A stretch of 64,000 nucleotides of DNA from assembly GCA_903901055.1 (NCBI GenBank), contig CAIUPO010000008.1:4799-68798 (forward strand), in the 5' to 3' direction. The notes beneath the pieces are model-generated. The model was not told the DNA's origin and searched no databases. It saw nothing but the letters and a program-made list of their open reading frames with translations. Source of the DNA: an uncultured Bacteroidota bacterium. GTDB taxonomy: Bacteria; Bacteroidota; Bacteroidia; JABEUT01. Of this stretch, positions 9,400 through 19,586 are shown one piece after another. Both the position numbers and the translations under genes were made by a program. Numbering within the stretch: the first letter of the stretch is position 1; each line of letters opens with the position of its first letter.

Positions 9400-10531
9400 G
9401 AAAAAAATACTTCTATTTAGTGATTGGTTTTACCCCGGGTTTATGGCCGGTGGGCCTATTCAGTCGTCATATAACCTGATTAACCACCTGAAAGATTATT
9501 ATGATTTTTCGGTTATTACAAGAGATACCGATTATACAGACAGTGTTCCATACAGGGATGTGAAAAGCGATAGCTGGAACATTTTACCTAATGGAATGAG
9601 GGTGTATTATTTTTCTGAGAAAAATCTGAGTTATCCCAATATGAGCAAGCTTATCAATAGCGAAGAGTTTGATATTGCATATCTGAACAGTATGTATTCG
9701 CCAAGGTTTACCATAATGCCGTTATTTATGCTTCATAAATTGGGTAAGCAGGTTATTCTTGCCCCTCGCGGGATGCTTGCCCCAACCGCAATAGCAATTA
9801 AAAGCTGGAAAAAAAAGCCCTTTTTATTGTGGATTAAGAATAGCAAGATGATTAAAAATATGAAGTTTCATGCAGCATCGGAGCATGAAGCGGAGCATAT
9901 AAGGGCTGTGTTTGGAAAAAAAGTGGAAATACGTCTTGCGCCTAATCTTCCCGGTAAAATGGAGTTGCCTGTTTCCGTTGAAAAAAGAAAAGAAATTGGT
10001 TCCGTTAACCTGATAAATGTAGCACGTGTTTCACCTGAAAAAAACCTGGATTATGCATTGGAGTCGCTACTTAATGTGAAAGGTAAAGTGAAATTTGATA
10101 TTTATGGCCCCGTTTACGATTATCCATATTGGGAAAAGTGTAAAGAAATATTGGCGAAACTCCCGGCAAACATAGAATGTGAATATTTTGGGCCAATAAG
10201 CAAGGAAAGTATCCCACAGGCAATGAAGGACGTACATTTTCTTTTTATGCCTACACAAGGTGAGAACTTTGGGCATACAATATTGGAAGCAATGATTTGT
10301 GGCTGTCCTCCCATAATAAGCGACATGACTCCCTGGATAGGGCTGGAGGCACTGAAAGCCGGATTTGATGTGCCATTAACAGAACAAAAAAGGTTTGAAG
10401 AAGTTTTGAATAAAGTAATTGGAATGGATGCGGATGAATTTAAAACCTGGTCAGAAGGAACAAGGGCTTTTGCATCAGGCTTTATCAACAATCCGGAATT
10501 GATGAAGCAAAGTATTCATATTTTTGCGTAA
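9392..10531 (+). CDS. Glycosyltransferase family 4 (GT-B fold)
   Basis: The C-terminal GT1/GT4 signature is present (FLFMPTQGENFGHTILEAMICGCPPIISD). The gene overlaps asnB by 8 nt. Confidence 0.75.
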   Translation: MPKKKILLFSDWFYPGFMAGGPIQSSYNLINHLKDYYDFSVITRDTDYTDSVPYRDVKSDSWNILPNGMRVYYFSEKNLSYPNMSKLINSEEFDIAYLNSMYSPRFTIMPLFMLHKLGKQVILAPRGMLAPTAIAIKSWKKKPFLLWIKNSKMIKNMKFHAASEHEAEHIRAVFGKKVEIRLAPNLPGKMELPVSVEKRKEIGSVNLINVARVSPEKNLDYALESLLNVKGKVKFDIYGPVYDYPYWEKCKEILAKLPANIECEYFGPISKESIPQAMKDVHFLFMPTQGENFGHTILEAMICGCPPIISDMTPWIGLEALKAGFDVPLTEQKRFEEVLNKVIGMDADEFKTWSEGTRAFASGFINNPELMKQSIHIFA

Positions 10532-10542
10532 AAAAATCACTT

Positions 10543-11295
10543 TTGTTAAAAGTAAGTATAATAACGGTTTGCCTCAATAACATCAATACGCTGGAAAGCA
10601 CGTTGCAGTCTGTGCAATCGCAAACCTATCCGAATATTGAATATATCATAATTGATGGCGCATCAACCGATGGAACACTGGGTATTATAGAGAAATACAA
10701 AAACACGGTTTCAAAACTTATCTCTGAAAAAGATGAAGGTATTTATTTCGCCATAAATAAAGGTATAAAAATGGCTACAGGTGATATAATTGCACTCCTT
10801 CATGGGGATGACTTTTATATTGATAAGGATGTAATTGCTAAAGTTGCCGAAGCCTTTGAAAAGTCGGGAGCTGATTGTGTGTATGGAGATTTGCAATATG
10901 TAGATAGAATTAATCCGGAACGTTTAATTCGTAACTGGCAGGCCGGGGAATATAAAACTGGCCTCTTTCTTAAAGGGTGGATGCCTCCGCACCCTGCATT
11001 CTTTATTAAAAAGGAAAGCATTGAAAAATATGGATATTATAACACTTCCCTTTTTCTTGCATCCGATTATGAATTTATGCTACGTATGATTCATAAACAT
11101 GCTATTAAAGTACAATACTTGCCGGAAGTGCTTGTAAAAATGAGAACTGGGGGAGTTAGTAATAAATCATTGCTTAACAGAATAAAGACAAATTTGGAAG
11201 ACAGAAAAGCATGGAGAATTAATAAAATTTCTCCTACTCTTTTAACTTTGTATATCAAGCCACTTAGCAAAATAGGGCAGTATTTCAATAAATAA
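10543..11295 (+). CDS. Glycosyltransferase family 2
   Basis: The N-terminus SIITVCLNNINTLESTLQSVQSQTYPNIEYIIIDGASTDGT is a GT2 signature, and a DxD-containing region follows. Confidence 0.8.
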   Translation: MLKVSIITVCLNNINTLESTLQSVQSQTYPNIEYIIIDGASTDGTLGIIEKYKNTVSKLISEKDEGIYFAINKGIKMATGDIIALLHGDDFYIDKDVIAKVAEAFEKSGADCVYGDLQYVDRINPERLIRNWQAGEYKTGLFLKGWMPPHPAFFIKKESIEKYGYYNTSLFLASDYEFMLRMIHKHAIKVQYLPEVLVKMRTGGVSNKSLLNRIKTNLEDRKAWRINKISPTLLTLYIKPLSKIGQYFNK

Positions 11296-11352
11296 ACAAT
11301 TAGCTTATTCCATTACATTTGTCCTGCCCAAAAACAATTTGAAGAGCAGGAA

Positions 11353-12735
11353 ATGTTAAAAATAGTTCAGTGTATTACTTTAAAAAAACTGGTGATTTTA
11401 AGCTTAATACTTAAGGTTACAATGTTTTGCTTTATTGGGTCCTGGAACAATGGGGGCATTGCAGATGACCGTTCAATGTCTTACGAACATTATGCGCAAA
11501 ATATTTTAAAGCACCATTCTTTTATTCCGGTTCAACCTATTTCAATAAATAATCTAAAACCGGATGACAGATGGAAATATATCTCCTTTCAGTATGATAC
11601 CTACAGAATGCCGGGGTATCCCATATTTCTTGCTATAGTTTATCTCTTTGGTGGAATAAACCCGTGGGCTGCTATTGCAGTTCAGATTTTAATAAGCTTA
11701 ATTTCAGTAATACTAGTCTACAAAATTGCAATTCAGTTAACCTTAAATGAGAGCATTGCTAAAATTGCAACATTGTTATTTTGTATTGATATCCACTCCA
11801 TATTTATTGCTAATCTTCTTTATAGTGATACTTTATTTGTTTTACTTTTCCTGACATCCTTATACTACTTTTTTGATGGTTATAAACGAAAAAAGGTGAT
11901 GCAAATTGCAATCAGTTCATTATTCATGGTGTTTGCTTCATTTACTCGGCCTGTATCATTAATGTTTCCTGTAATCCTTATAGCGATTTTGTTTTTTTTC
12001 AATAAGGGTGCAATAAAGTGGGGTATTAAGGCATCTGCAATTTTCGGTGTGTTATATTTAACCTTAATAGGGGGCTGGGTTTTGCGTAATCACAATGTAT
12101 ATGACCGATGGAAAATCAGTTCTACGGGTGGCTTCAACCTGTTAATGTATTACGCCATGTCAACTGAGTCGCAAATTACCGGCAAAGCTCCGGAGGCTAT
12201 AAAAATTGCATTTCAAAAACAGGCGGATTCATTAGGTTTTATGAAAATGAACAATGTTTTCGACCAATCTGATTTATACACTAAAATAGGTTGGGATTAT
12301 ATAAAGGTTCATAAAATGCAATACCTTAAAACGAACGTTGAAGGCTGGATTCACATGATGCTTTCATTGGGTAACCCTGACCTTGTGAGAATGATGGGCT
12401 GGGAAGATTGCAAAGGCAGTGAAATTGTGAGTTTAAAGTTATCGAATATTGCCAATAACTTTTCAACCAAAACCAAGGCGGCCACAGGCATTTTTATCGC
12501 ATTTGTTTTACTATTGCAATATTTGGGGGCAGTGTGCGGGTTATGCTTTTTATTGGTCAGGAAAAACTACCTGGTTTTGTTTTTCGTTTTAGCAACTATT
12601 GCTTATTATCTTGTTATCACCGGTCCTATTGGAACCTACCGTTATAAATTGCCGATTGTTTTTATAATCTGTATTGTATCAGGCTACGGTTATTATAATT
12701 TGCTTAATAAAAGGCTGGAATCTCAGGCTAAATAG
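11353..12735 (+). CDS. Polytopic membrane protein, putative GT-C fold glycosyltransferase (ArnT/PMT-like)
   Basis: It has 10 or more predicted TM helices. The N-terminal loop carries YRMPGYP, as in ArnT/PMT-family glycosyltransferases. It is the last gene of the GT cluster. Confidence 0.45.
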   Translation: MLKIVQCITLKKLVILSLILKVTMFCFIGSWNNGGIADDRSMSYEHYAQNILKHHSFIPVQPISINNLKPDDRWKYISFQYDTYRMPGYPIFLAIVYLFGGINPWAAIAVQILISLISVILVYKIAIQLTLNESIAKIATLLFCIDIHSIFIANLLYSDTLFVLLFLTSLYYFFDGYKRKKVMQIAISSLFMVFASFTRPVSLMFPVILIAILFFFNKGAIKWGIKASAIFGVLYLTLIGGWVLRNHNVYDRWKISSTGGFNLLMYYAMSTESQITGKAPEAIKIAFQKQADSLGFMKMNNVFDQSDLYTKIGWDYIKVHKMQYLKTNVEGWIHMMLSLGNPDLVRMMGWEDCKGSEIVSLKLSNIANNFSTKTKAATGIFIAFVLLLQYLGAVCGLCFLLVRKNYLVLFFVLATIAYYLVITGPIGTYRYKLPIVFIICIVSGYGYYNLLNKRLESQAK

Positions 12736-12935
12736 TGCTCTTGACGTTTTGTTATTTTTCATTCCAGAACATATTTCATCCCGTCCCTAAGCATTTTTAT
12801 CTGGCATTCAAAAGGGAAATAAACAACCTCAAAATCAAGGGGTACAAAAATCTATTCTAAAAAACAATTTTATTGTCGGCTTTTGAGTTAAATAATAATA
12901 TATTTGTCTGTTCAAATTATTGTAAGAAGACTTCT

Positions 12936-15299
12936 ATGAAACAAAAATATCCCCTTTCTGTTTGTGCCTTATCGTTATTGTTACTTACAAATGGAAGCAC
13001 GCTGTTTGCTCAGGATGCGAATCCACTGGTTCACTCAGTCCAATATACCACCCCGGAGCCTGATAAAGCAAAGGATCTATTGAAGGATGCAACGGAAGAT
13101 GTTTCTAAAAGAACAGAATTCAGTTCTACCTGGACAACCAAAACAGGAAAAACTATTTCTCATTACAGTAAAATGCCCTTAAATTTTCCGGATGCAAACG
13201 GGAAATTACAACCTATTGACCTTACTTTGCACAGCGACGCCAAAGGCTGGGCCGCAGATAAACAACCTAATCCATGTTATCTGCATTCTGACCGAAGTAC
13301 TTCGATTGATTTAGGAGGAAATTTACAAATTACTTTTAACAAGAACTGTACGGTTAATGGGATGCCACTTGACCAGCATATTACCTATTTACAGAACAGT
13401 GAAGTGAAAATGGACCTTTCTGAAGGAGTGCATAAAAATCTGACTTTTTTAACGGGGGGTATTAAAACCGACTACATTTTTGACAAAGCATTGGACGGTG
13501 GGGCAACTGTTGGAGAAGAAATTGATTTACCAGCCGGTAGTACTTTACAAAAAGATGAATCGAGTGGTATTAACCAACCAGGCGGATGGAGTGGCGACTA
13601 CCAATTAGTATCTGCCGAAGGCAAAATACTAGCTATCTTTATGGCTCCGGAATGTTACGATTCCAAAAAACATTGGTGTTTTGCAAATTACACTGTTGAA
13701 AATAAAGATGGTAAAAGTATACTTGTTACATCAATCCCGAATGAATGGTTGAAGACTGCAGTTTACCCTGTTACCCTCGACCCGAAAGTTGTAAGCGCTA
13801 CAAGTTACTGGTTGGGCGGAAGCACCGTTTCATGTTTATACCCCAGTTTTCATAAAGACAGCATTTTGATTACCATTCCCTCAAGGATGACTATTTATTG
13901 GTTTACAATCGACTATGCATATGTTACCAATGTAAATGGACAAGGAATTCCAATACATGATGGTTTATTTTACCTGAGTACCCCTTGTGCGAGGACAGAC
14001 ACCCTCCGTTGCAAACCCGGAGACACGGCTGGCATTTGTTATCTTTTACCATTTGAAGACTTTCATAGAGACATGACATGTTGTTATAGCCCTTCTTGCT
14101 CATCACAGTCTTTTTGGCTTGCTTCTCACTTATCAAGATTTCAGGGAGGTTCAGGCTGCGATAGCAATTTTGTATGGTATTCTGCCGGAAAATACACAGG
14201 GTTTCAGTATTACTTTTCAGCATGGTTATATGGATATACTGATTCGGTTATTAACTTATCATACAATCCGGGTAGCCAATGTTCAAACTCATGTACTTTG
14301 AACATGAATGCTGTTATCGGATTTGGCGTACCTCCTTATACTGTTAGCCATCCTTGGGCTGCACGAGATACTATTGTAGGAAAATATGCGTCCTGCGCTT
14401 CACTAGGCACACTGAATATGAAACTCACTATTCCGGGTGTGAATTGCCCTTTTGTTTGTTTAAGCCCCGATACAACAATCATGGTTCCTCCACCTCTTGT
14501 GGTTGATGCTTGTGGAGATACTGTTAAAAATTTGAAATCTCAGGCGGTAACCTTGAAACCTATTCCGGTTTTGACTGTAAGCCCCGATACGAACAAAGTT
14601 TGTAGTGGTTTGCCAGTTACACTTAATGTTACTTCTTGTGTGCCGGGAACTGTTTTTACCTGGAAAGGTAGCGACAGCGCATCGGGTACAGGTAGCTCTA
14701 TTATTGATAATACCACAGACACAAGTTTTAAAAATCCAATGGTAGTTAAGTATATCATCACAGGTTCTGCTAATGGTTGTAATTCAAATCCGGATACTGC
14801 CTACGGTATTATTAACCCATTTCCAATTGTAACAATAAAAGGGGTGGATACCTTAAGTGCAGGCCATTCAGAAACGTTAACAGCAACTGGTGGCGGCACC
14901 TATTTCTGGAGCCCTCCGACAGGATTAAGCTGTACCAATTGCCCTAATCCTACAGCTTCACCAACAATCACCACAACCTATACCCTTGATGTAATAGATT
15001 CGGAAGGATGTGAAGTTGTGAAATCATTTACCATACTTATACTGGATAATGAAATTATTATTCCGAACATTATTACCCCAAACAGCGATAACATAAATGA
15101 TATGTTCGTTATTCACGGATTGCAATTTTACCCTAATTCGCAATTAGAAATATACGATCGCTGGGGTAAAAAAATATATACCTCCTCGAATTACCAGAAC
15201 AACTGGGACGGAGGCGGACAAAGTGATGGCGTATATTATTACGTATTCACCTTGCCTACAGGAAAGAAATATGACGGCTATGTTCAACTCATTAAATAA
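12936..15299 (+). CDS. Large secreted Cys-rich protein with an Ig-like module and a T9SS type B (gliding-motility CHU_C) C-terminal sorting domain
   Basis: The signal peptide starts at the internal Met (MKQKYPLSVCALSLLLL). It carries the Ig-like TGLSCTNCPNPTASPTITTTYTL module. The C-terminus IITPNSDNINDMFVIHG...EIYDRWGKKIYTSSNYQNNWDGG...GVYYYV is a type B sorting domain. Confidence 0.8.
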   Translation: MKQKYPLSVCALSLLLLTNGSTLFAQDANPLVHSVQYTTPEPDKAKDLLKDATEDVSKRTEFSSTWTTKTGKTISHYSKMPLNFPDANGKLQPIDLTLHSDAKGWAADKQPNPCYLHSDRSTSIDLGGNLQITFNKNCTVNGMPLDQHITYLQNSEVKMDLSEGVHKNLTFLTGGIKTDYIFDKALDGGATVGEEIDLPAGSTLQKDESSGINQPGGWSGDYQLVSAEGKILAIFMAPECYDSKKHWCFANYTVENKDGKSILVTSIPNEWLKTAVYPVTLDPKVVSATSYWLGGSTVSCLYPSFHKDSILITIPSRMTIYWFTIDYAYVTNVNGQGIPIHDGLFYLSTPCARTDTLRCKPGDTAGICYLLPFEDFHRDMTCCYSPSCSSQSFWLASHLSRFQGGSGCDSNFVWYSAGKYTGFQYYFSAWLYGYTDSVINLSYNPGSQCSNSCTLNMNAVIGFGVPPYTVSHPWAARDTIVGKYASCASLGTLNMKLTIPGVNCPFVCLSPDTTIMVPPPLVVDACGDTVKNLKSQAVTLKPIPVLTVSPDTNKVCSGLPVTLNVTSCVPGTVFTWKGSDSASGTGSSIIDNTTDTSFKNPMVVKYIITGSANGCNSNPDTAYGIINPFPIVTIKGVDTLSAGHSETLTATGGGTYFWSPPTGLSCTNCPNPTASPTITTTYTLDVIDSEGCEVVKSFTILILDNEIIIPNIITPNSDNINDMFVIHGLQFYPNSQLEIYDRWGKKIYTSSNYQNNWDGGGQSDGVYYYVFTLPTGKKYDGYVQLIK

Positions 15300-15312
15300 A
15301 AAATAACCCACC

Positions 15313-18300
15313 ATGAAGATAAAATACTTACCACTCATTATTACAGCCTTGTTTTTTGCTGTAAAAGCTAATTGCCAGCATCAGCTCTATTTTGAGAATT
15401 TTGAAGGCTCAACTCCAACATTTAATATGAATGACAATACCTATGGTAAAAACATGGGTAATAATAAGTGGATAATTAATAATGTGTATACAGGAGCAAT
15501 TGGTCACCCAAGCACAAAAAGTGAGGATAGCACTTATGGGGGAAGTATTTCGTATGCACCTTTTGGGCATTATATGCATATTTATGACAGTGCATCAGCT
15601 TTTAAAAATGATAATTACAATCCGGGGGATTCTTCTTACCGCTTTGCTTATATGAATGTAGGTATTTGTACAAAAGCCCTTACAAATATTAATTTCAACT
15701 TTTTCTACTTGTGCCAGGGTTCAAATACTGCATTCGGAAGAGTAGTTTATAGTATTGACGGAGGCCCTTGGACACCAACAAGCTGGACGCTGAACGGAGA
15801 TACCGTTAACAACCGATATAAATGGCAATACGCTACCATTACCAATGCCGCTTTTTCGAATGTTGAAGACGTAAGATTCGGATTCCTATGGAAGAATAAC
15901 AAAGCTGCCGGAACTGATACTACTGCTTTTGGAATAGATGATGTTTCAATATATGGAACCTATGATAGCATTAATCACCCGATAAATTGCAAGTTTAGTA
16001 CCGTATTTTCCGATAGTTGTCTGGGGGGGAATGCCTATATTTATGTAAGTGCAGCATTCAGCGACAGCACTTGCGATGCAAGTTGGGACTTTGACGTATC
16101 AAACAAGAGTGGAGGTTTTTCTCCACCAATTGTGGCATATACTTATTATATAGGCCCTTCTTATGGAAATGACTTAAATGCATATTTATTTGCTTCCATT
16201 CCGACTGCTTATGTAATCCCGGGGCAATGTTATAAGGTTAGGGTTAACCGTTTATCATACCCTTATTTATCATTTACCGATTCAGTTTGTTTTCCCCTGG
16301 ATACCTGCCCGGGTACAATTCAAACATTACAACCACCTGCGACTTTAGATACCAATGCAGTTTGCGCTGGTAGTGTTATAGATGTTCCCTTCTTTTCGAA
16401 TGGTATTTACAGTATTTACAACATCTATTATTGCCAGTTAATTGATTCCATTGGAAATACTGCTGTGATTGATACGATAGGCCAATTAGCCAGCAATGTT
16501 GCATATCCTTATCCTCCGGGAGATGTTGTGAGCACGATTCCTTTTAAAGTTCCGGCCGGATGTCATTACTATGTGCGCGTTGTTTGTAACACAGGTAACC
16601 GCCCTTCTACCATGTGGGGGCCATTCTGTATACAACATTGCGATATTGTAACTGACTCTAATACCAGCCAGGATTTACATGCTTGCCTTGCATCTTGTTC
16701 AAAACAGCCAAATGGGTGGACTGATTCTATAATTTATGACATACATAAATATGATTCACTGGCATATTATAATCCGGGAAATAAATTTAAAGTTCAGTTA
16801 ATTCAATTTGTTAATTATCCACCTAGTTTCGCAGTAATAAACACTGGCTTACTTGGTGTTAAAGTTGACACCACCAGTGGTAAGATGTATATTCATGTTC
16901 CATGTCCAACTACTTTGTTCGCAAATGGAATTAACCCCGGTGTATACTATATAAGGGTTGTTGCAGATAGTTCAAACTTTACCGATAGTGCATTTGGTAC
17001 TTTGGTACATCTAACAATAGGTGAACCTGCAGATAACTTAACGCTCACATTAGGTACAGCGGGACCATATTGTACAGGAACAACAATTACAGTTTATACA
17101 AATCCTGATCAGGAATATTCTCCCTATTACTCAACCTATCAATGGTGGGTAACCGACAGGAAGGGTACATATCCGTTTAATAACTACCCTTATGGAACAC
17201 TTAACTTTTACAATACAACAGGAGACACACTGATTGTAACTTGCCAGGAAACTAATAATGGCTGTAAAGGAAATGTTGCTAAACTGGCTGATACTATCGT
17301 AATTTTAGGATTACCGAGTGTATATCCAAAAGGACCTCAATATTTGTGTGTTGGGGATACAGGCTTGTACTACGTTCCGTTCGCCAATAACACAAGTTAT
17401 ATCTGGACATTGCCAGCCAAGGTACATGCTGATACAGCCAACAATGAATTAAAAATCAGGTTTGATTCTGTCGGAACATTTAAGTTTACTGTGTTGGCCA
17501 CCAATGCATGTTATTCCAATACCTATACTTGGACGGTACATGTAATAGCCCAGCCAACACCTGCAATAACAGCGGTGCCAAGTGGTGCTTTCTGTGCCGG
17601 AACATCCGTAGTATTATCCGTTACAGGAGCAACAACCTATAAATGGAGTACCGGGTCCACAAAAACAACAATTAATGTAGCACCAACCAAGGACAGTTCA
17701 TTTTGGGTTGGGGCATCTAATAAGGGTTGTACAATAAAGGATACCATCAAGTTAGTAGTTTATCCGTCACCTTTAGTTGCCGCAACACCTTCTGTTACCA
17801 CAATATGTATTGGTGATACTGCCAAGCTTACAGCAACAGGTGGAAAAACATACAACTGGATGCCTGATGGTGGTTTGAACAGCAATACGGATTCTGTTAT
17901 CCATACGATTGTAACTACAACGGAAACGTATACAGTAATGGGGTATTCCGTTCATGGTTGTAAAGATAGTGCAACTGTTATGGTGTCTCCTTTACCTGTT
18001 TCAGGAACATTAATAAGCACCAATACTTCCATTAATGAAGGAACAAGTGTTACCCTTTCGGCAACAGGTGGCGGAACCTATTTGTGGATTCCTTCTACCG
18101 GGTTGAGTTGCGATAATTGCCCTGATCCGGTTGCATCACCTTCAGTAACCACAACATATACCCTTGTTATTACCGATTCCAACAAGTGTTCTGTAAGAGA
18201 GAGCCTTACAATTGATGTAATAGAAGCATGCGGAATCATATTTGTACCTGAAGCTTTCTCTCCAAATGCGGATGGTCATAACGACAGGTTGTATGTTAGA

Positions 18301-18504
18301 GCGAACTGCGTTTCATCATGTGACTTTATTGTGTACGACCGTTGGGGTAATAAAGTGTGGGAAACTACCGACATTAACCTCGGATGGAATGGCACTTACA
18401 AAGGCCAACCTATGAATACCGGAACCTACGTTTACTATGCCAAAATAGTGAATAATTTAGGCAAAACAATAACTGCAAAAGGAAACGTTGCACTGGTAAG
18501 ATAA
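15313..18504 (+). CDS. Giant secreted adhesin-like protein with an N-terminal beta-sandwich (MAM/galactose-binding-like), Ig-like repeats and a T9SS type B C-terminal domain
   Basis: It has a signal peptide and repeated YxWSTGxT.../TGLSCDNCPDPVASPSVTTTYTL modules. The C-terminus FSPNADGHNDRLYV...IVYDRWGNKVWETTDINLGWNG...GTYVYY is a type B sorting domain. Confidence 0.8.
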   Translation: MKIKYLPLIITALFFAVKANCQHQLYFENFEGSTPTFNMNDNTYGKNMGNNKWIINNVYTGAIGHPSTKSEDSTYGGSISYAPFGHYMHIYDSASAFKNDNYNPGDSSYRFAYMNVGICTKALTNINFNFFYLCQGSNTAFGRVVYSIDGGPWTPTSWTLNGDTVNNRYKWQYATITNAAFSNVEDVRFGFLWKNNKAAGTDTTAFGIDDVSIYGTYDSINHPINCKFSTVFSDSCLGGNAYIYVSAAFSDSTCDASWDFDVSNKSGGFSPPIVAYTYYIGPSYGNDLNAYLFASIPTAYVIPGQCYKVRVNRLSYPYLSFTDSVCFPLDTCPGTIQTLQPPATLDTNAVCAGSVIDVPFFSNGIYSIYNIYYCQLIDSIGNTAVIDTIGQLASNVAYPYPPGDVVSTIPFKVPAGCHYYVRVVCNTGNRPSTMWGPFCIQHCDIVTDSNTSQDLHACLASCSKQPNGWTDSIIYDIHKYDSLAYYNPGNKFKVQLIQFVNYPPSFAVINTGLLGVKVDTTSGKMYIHVPCPTTLFANGINPGVYYIRVVADSSNFTDSAFGTLVHLTIGEPADNLTLTLGTAGPYCTGTTITVYTNPDQEYSPYYSTYQWWVTDRKGTYPFNNYPYGTLNFYNTTGDTLIVTCQETNNGCKGNVAKLADTIVILGLPSVYPKGPQYLCVGDTGLYYVPFANNTSYIWTLPAKVHADTANNELKIRFDSVGTFKFTVLATNACYSNTYTWTVHVIAQPTPAITAVPSGAFCAGTSVVLSVTGATTYKWSTGSTKTTINVAPTKDSSFWVGASNKGCTIKDTIKLVVYPSPLVAATPSVTTICIGDTAKLTATGGKTYNWMPDGGLNSNTDSVIHTIVTTTETYTVMGYSVHGCKDSATVMVSPLPVSGTLISTNTSINEGTSVTLSATGGGTYLWIPSTGLSCDNCPDPVASPSVTTTYTLVITDSNKCSVRESLTIDVIEACGIIFVPEAFSPNADGHNDRLYVRANCVSSCDFIVYDRWGNKVWETTDINLGWNGTYKGQPMNTGTYVYYAKIVNNLGKTITAKGNVALVR

Positions 18505-18507
18505 TGA

Positions 18508-18558
18508 AATCGGCTAACGTCTGAGAGCAATAGCTATTAGCCGTTAGCCGATTTTTTG
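18508..18558 (+). terminator. Rho-independent terminator hairpin (AAATCGGCTAACG ... CGTTAGCCGATTTTTT)
   Basis: A perfect 12-13 bp inverted repeat followed by a T-run sits immediately 3' of the 15313..18504 gene. Confidence 0.6.
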
Positions 18559-18609
18559 CTAATTTTGCAAAGATTAATAATCTAATAACCCTAAACTGAT
18601 AAGAATTTT

Positions 18610-19491
18610 ATGAATTCATCTGTAAATCAAATTTTGATTCCAATTGATTTTTCTGATCAGGCATTAATAGCGCTTGACCAATCGTATAACCTGGCCCGGT
18701 TTTATAATGCTGAACTTACCTTGCTTTATGTAATTGATGAAGGAAGCACCATGAACAGGATGTTTCACAAGCCAATTGATGAAGAGGCAATGAAAAAGGA
18801 AATTGATGCAAAGTTAAATGAACTTGCTACAGATGTGAATAAAAAGCATAATGTTAAAGTTAATACAGTAATTGCTAAAGGCCATATCTACGACAAAATA
18901 CTGGAAGTAGGGGATATGATAAATGCTAAAATGATTATCATGGGAACCCATGGTTCAGTAGGTTTGAAGAAAAGATTCATTGGCTCGAATGCACTTAGGG
19001 TTGTAAAAGAAGCTAAATGCCCTGTTGTTACTATTAAAGGCCAGCATCCGCGTGAGGGTTGTAAGAATATTGTATTGCCAATTGATTTGACAAAGGAGTC
19101 GCGTGAAAAGGTTAATTATGCAATTGAATTAGGAAAGCTATATGGAGCTACAATACGTGTAGTTTCAGTATTGTTCACATTGGATGAGTTTGTGGTAAAC
19201 CGCCTTACAAGGCAAATGGACCAGGTTAAAACATTCATCAAAAAGGCGGATGTTAAGTGCACAGCGGAAATGGTAAAAGCCATTAAGGGGCATGAATCAC
19301 TTTCTCATGCCATTGTTGACTATGCAAGCAAAGTAGATGGAGATTTAATAATGATTATGACCCAGCAGGAAGGAGAAATCACGCCGCTGTTTATTGGCTC
19401 TACAGCCCAGGGTATTATCAATAATTCAGATATTCCTGTTATGAGTATAGTACCTGTTGTTAAACGCGATATTGAGTTTACACCATATTGA
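18610..19491 (+). CDS. Universal stress protein, tandem UspA domains
   Basis: There are two Usp modules. Each has the characteristic ILxPIDxS start and G-x2-G-x9-G(S/T) ATP-binding region (MIIMGTHGSVGLKKRFIGSNA and LIMIMTQQEGEITPLFIGSTA). Confidence 0.75.
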   Translation: MNSSVNQILIPIDFSDQALIALDQSYNLARFYNAELTLLYVIDEGSTMNRMFHKPIDEEAMKKEIDAKLNELATDVNKKHNVKVNTVIAKGHIYDKILEVGDMINAKMIIMGTHGSVGLKKRFIGSNALRVVKEAKCPVVTIKGQHPREGCKNIVLPIDLTKESREKVNYAIELGKLYGATIRVVSVLFTLDEFVVNRLTRQMDQVKTFIKKADVKCTAEMVKAIKGHESLSHAIVDYASKVDGDLIMIMTQQEGEITPLFIGSTAQGIINNSDIPVMSIVPVVKRDIEFTPY

Positions 19492-19586
19492 TATTCATTA
19501 GTCATATAAGTTACCATTCCTTTGGGCATGGTAATTGCAGTTAATAAAGGATATACTTGTTCATCTAACATACCAAACCAAACCAA

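Noticed and set aside
11353-11418. The upstream ATG at 11353 as the start of the GT-C membrane protein
   Set aside because: The first hydrophobic helix begins near MFCFIGSW (about 11419), so the true start may be internal. It was left at the ORF boundary because no RBS-like signal discriminates the two in this Bacteroidota genome.
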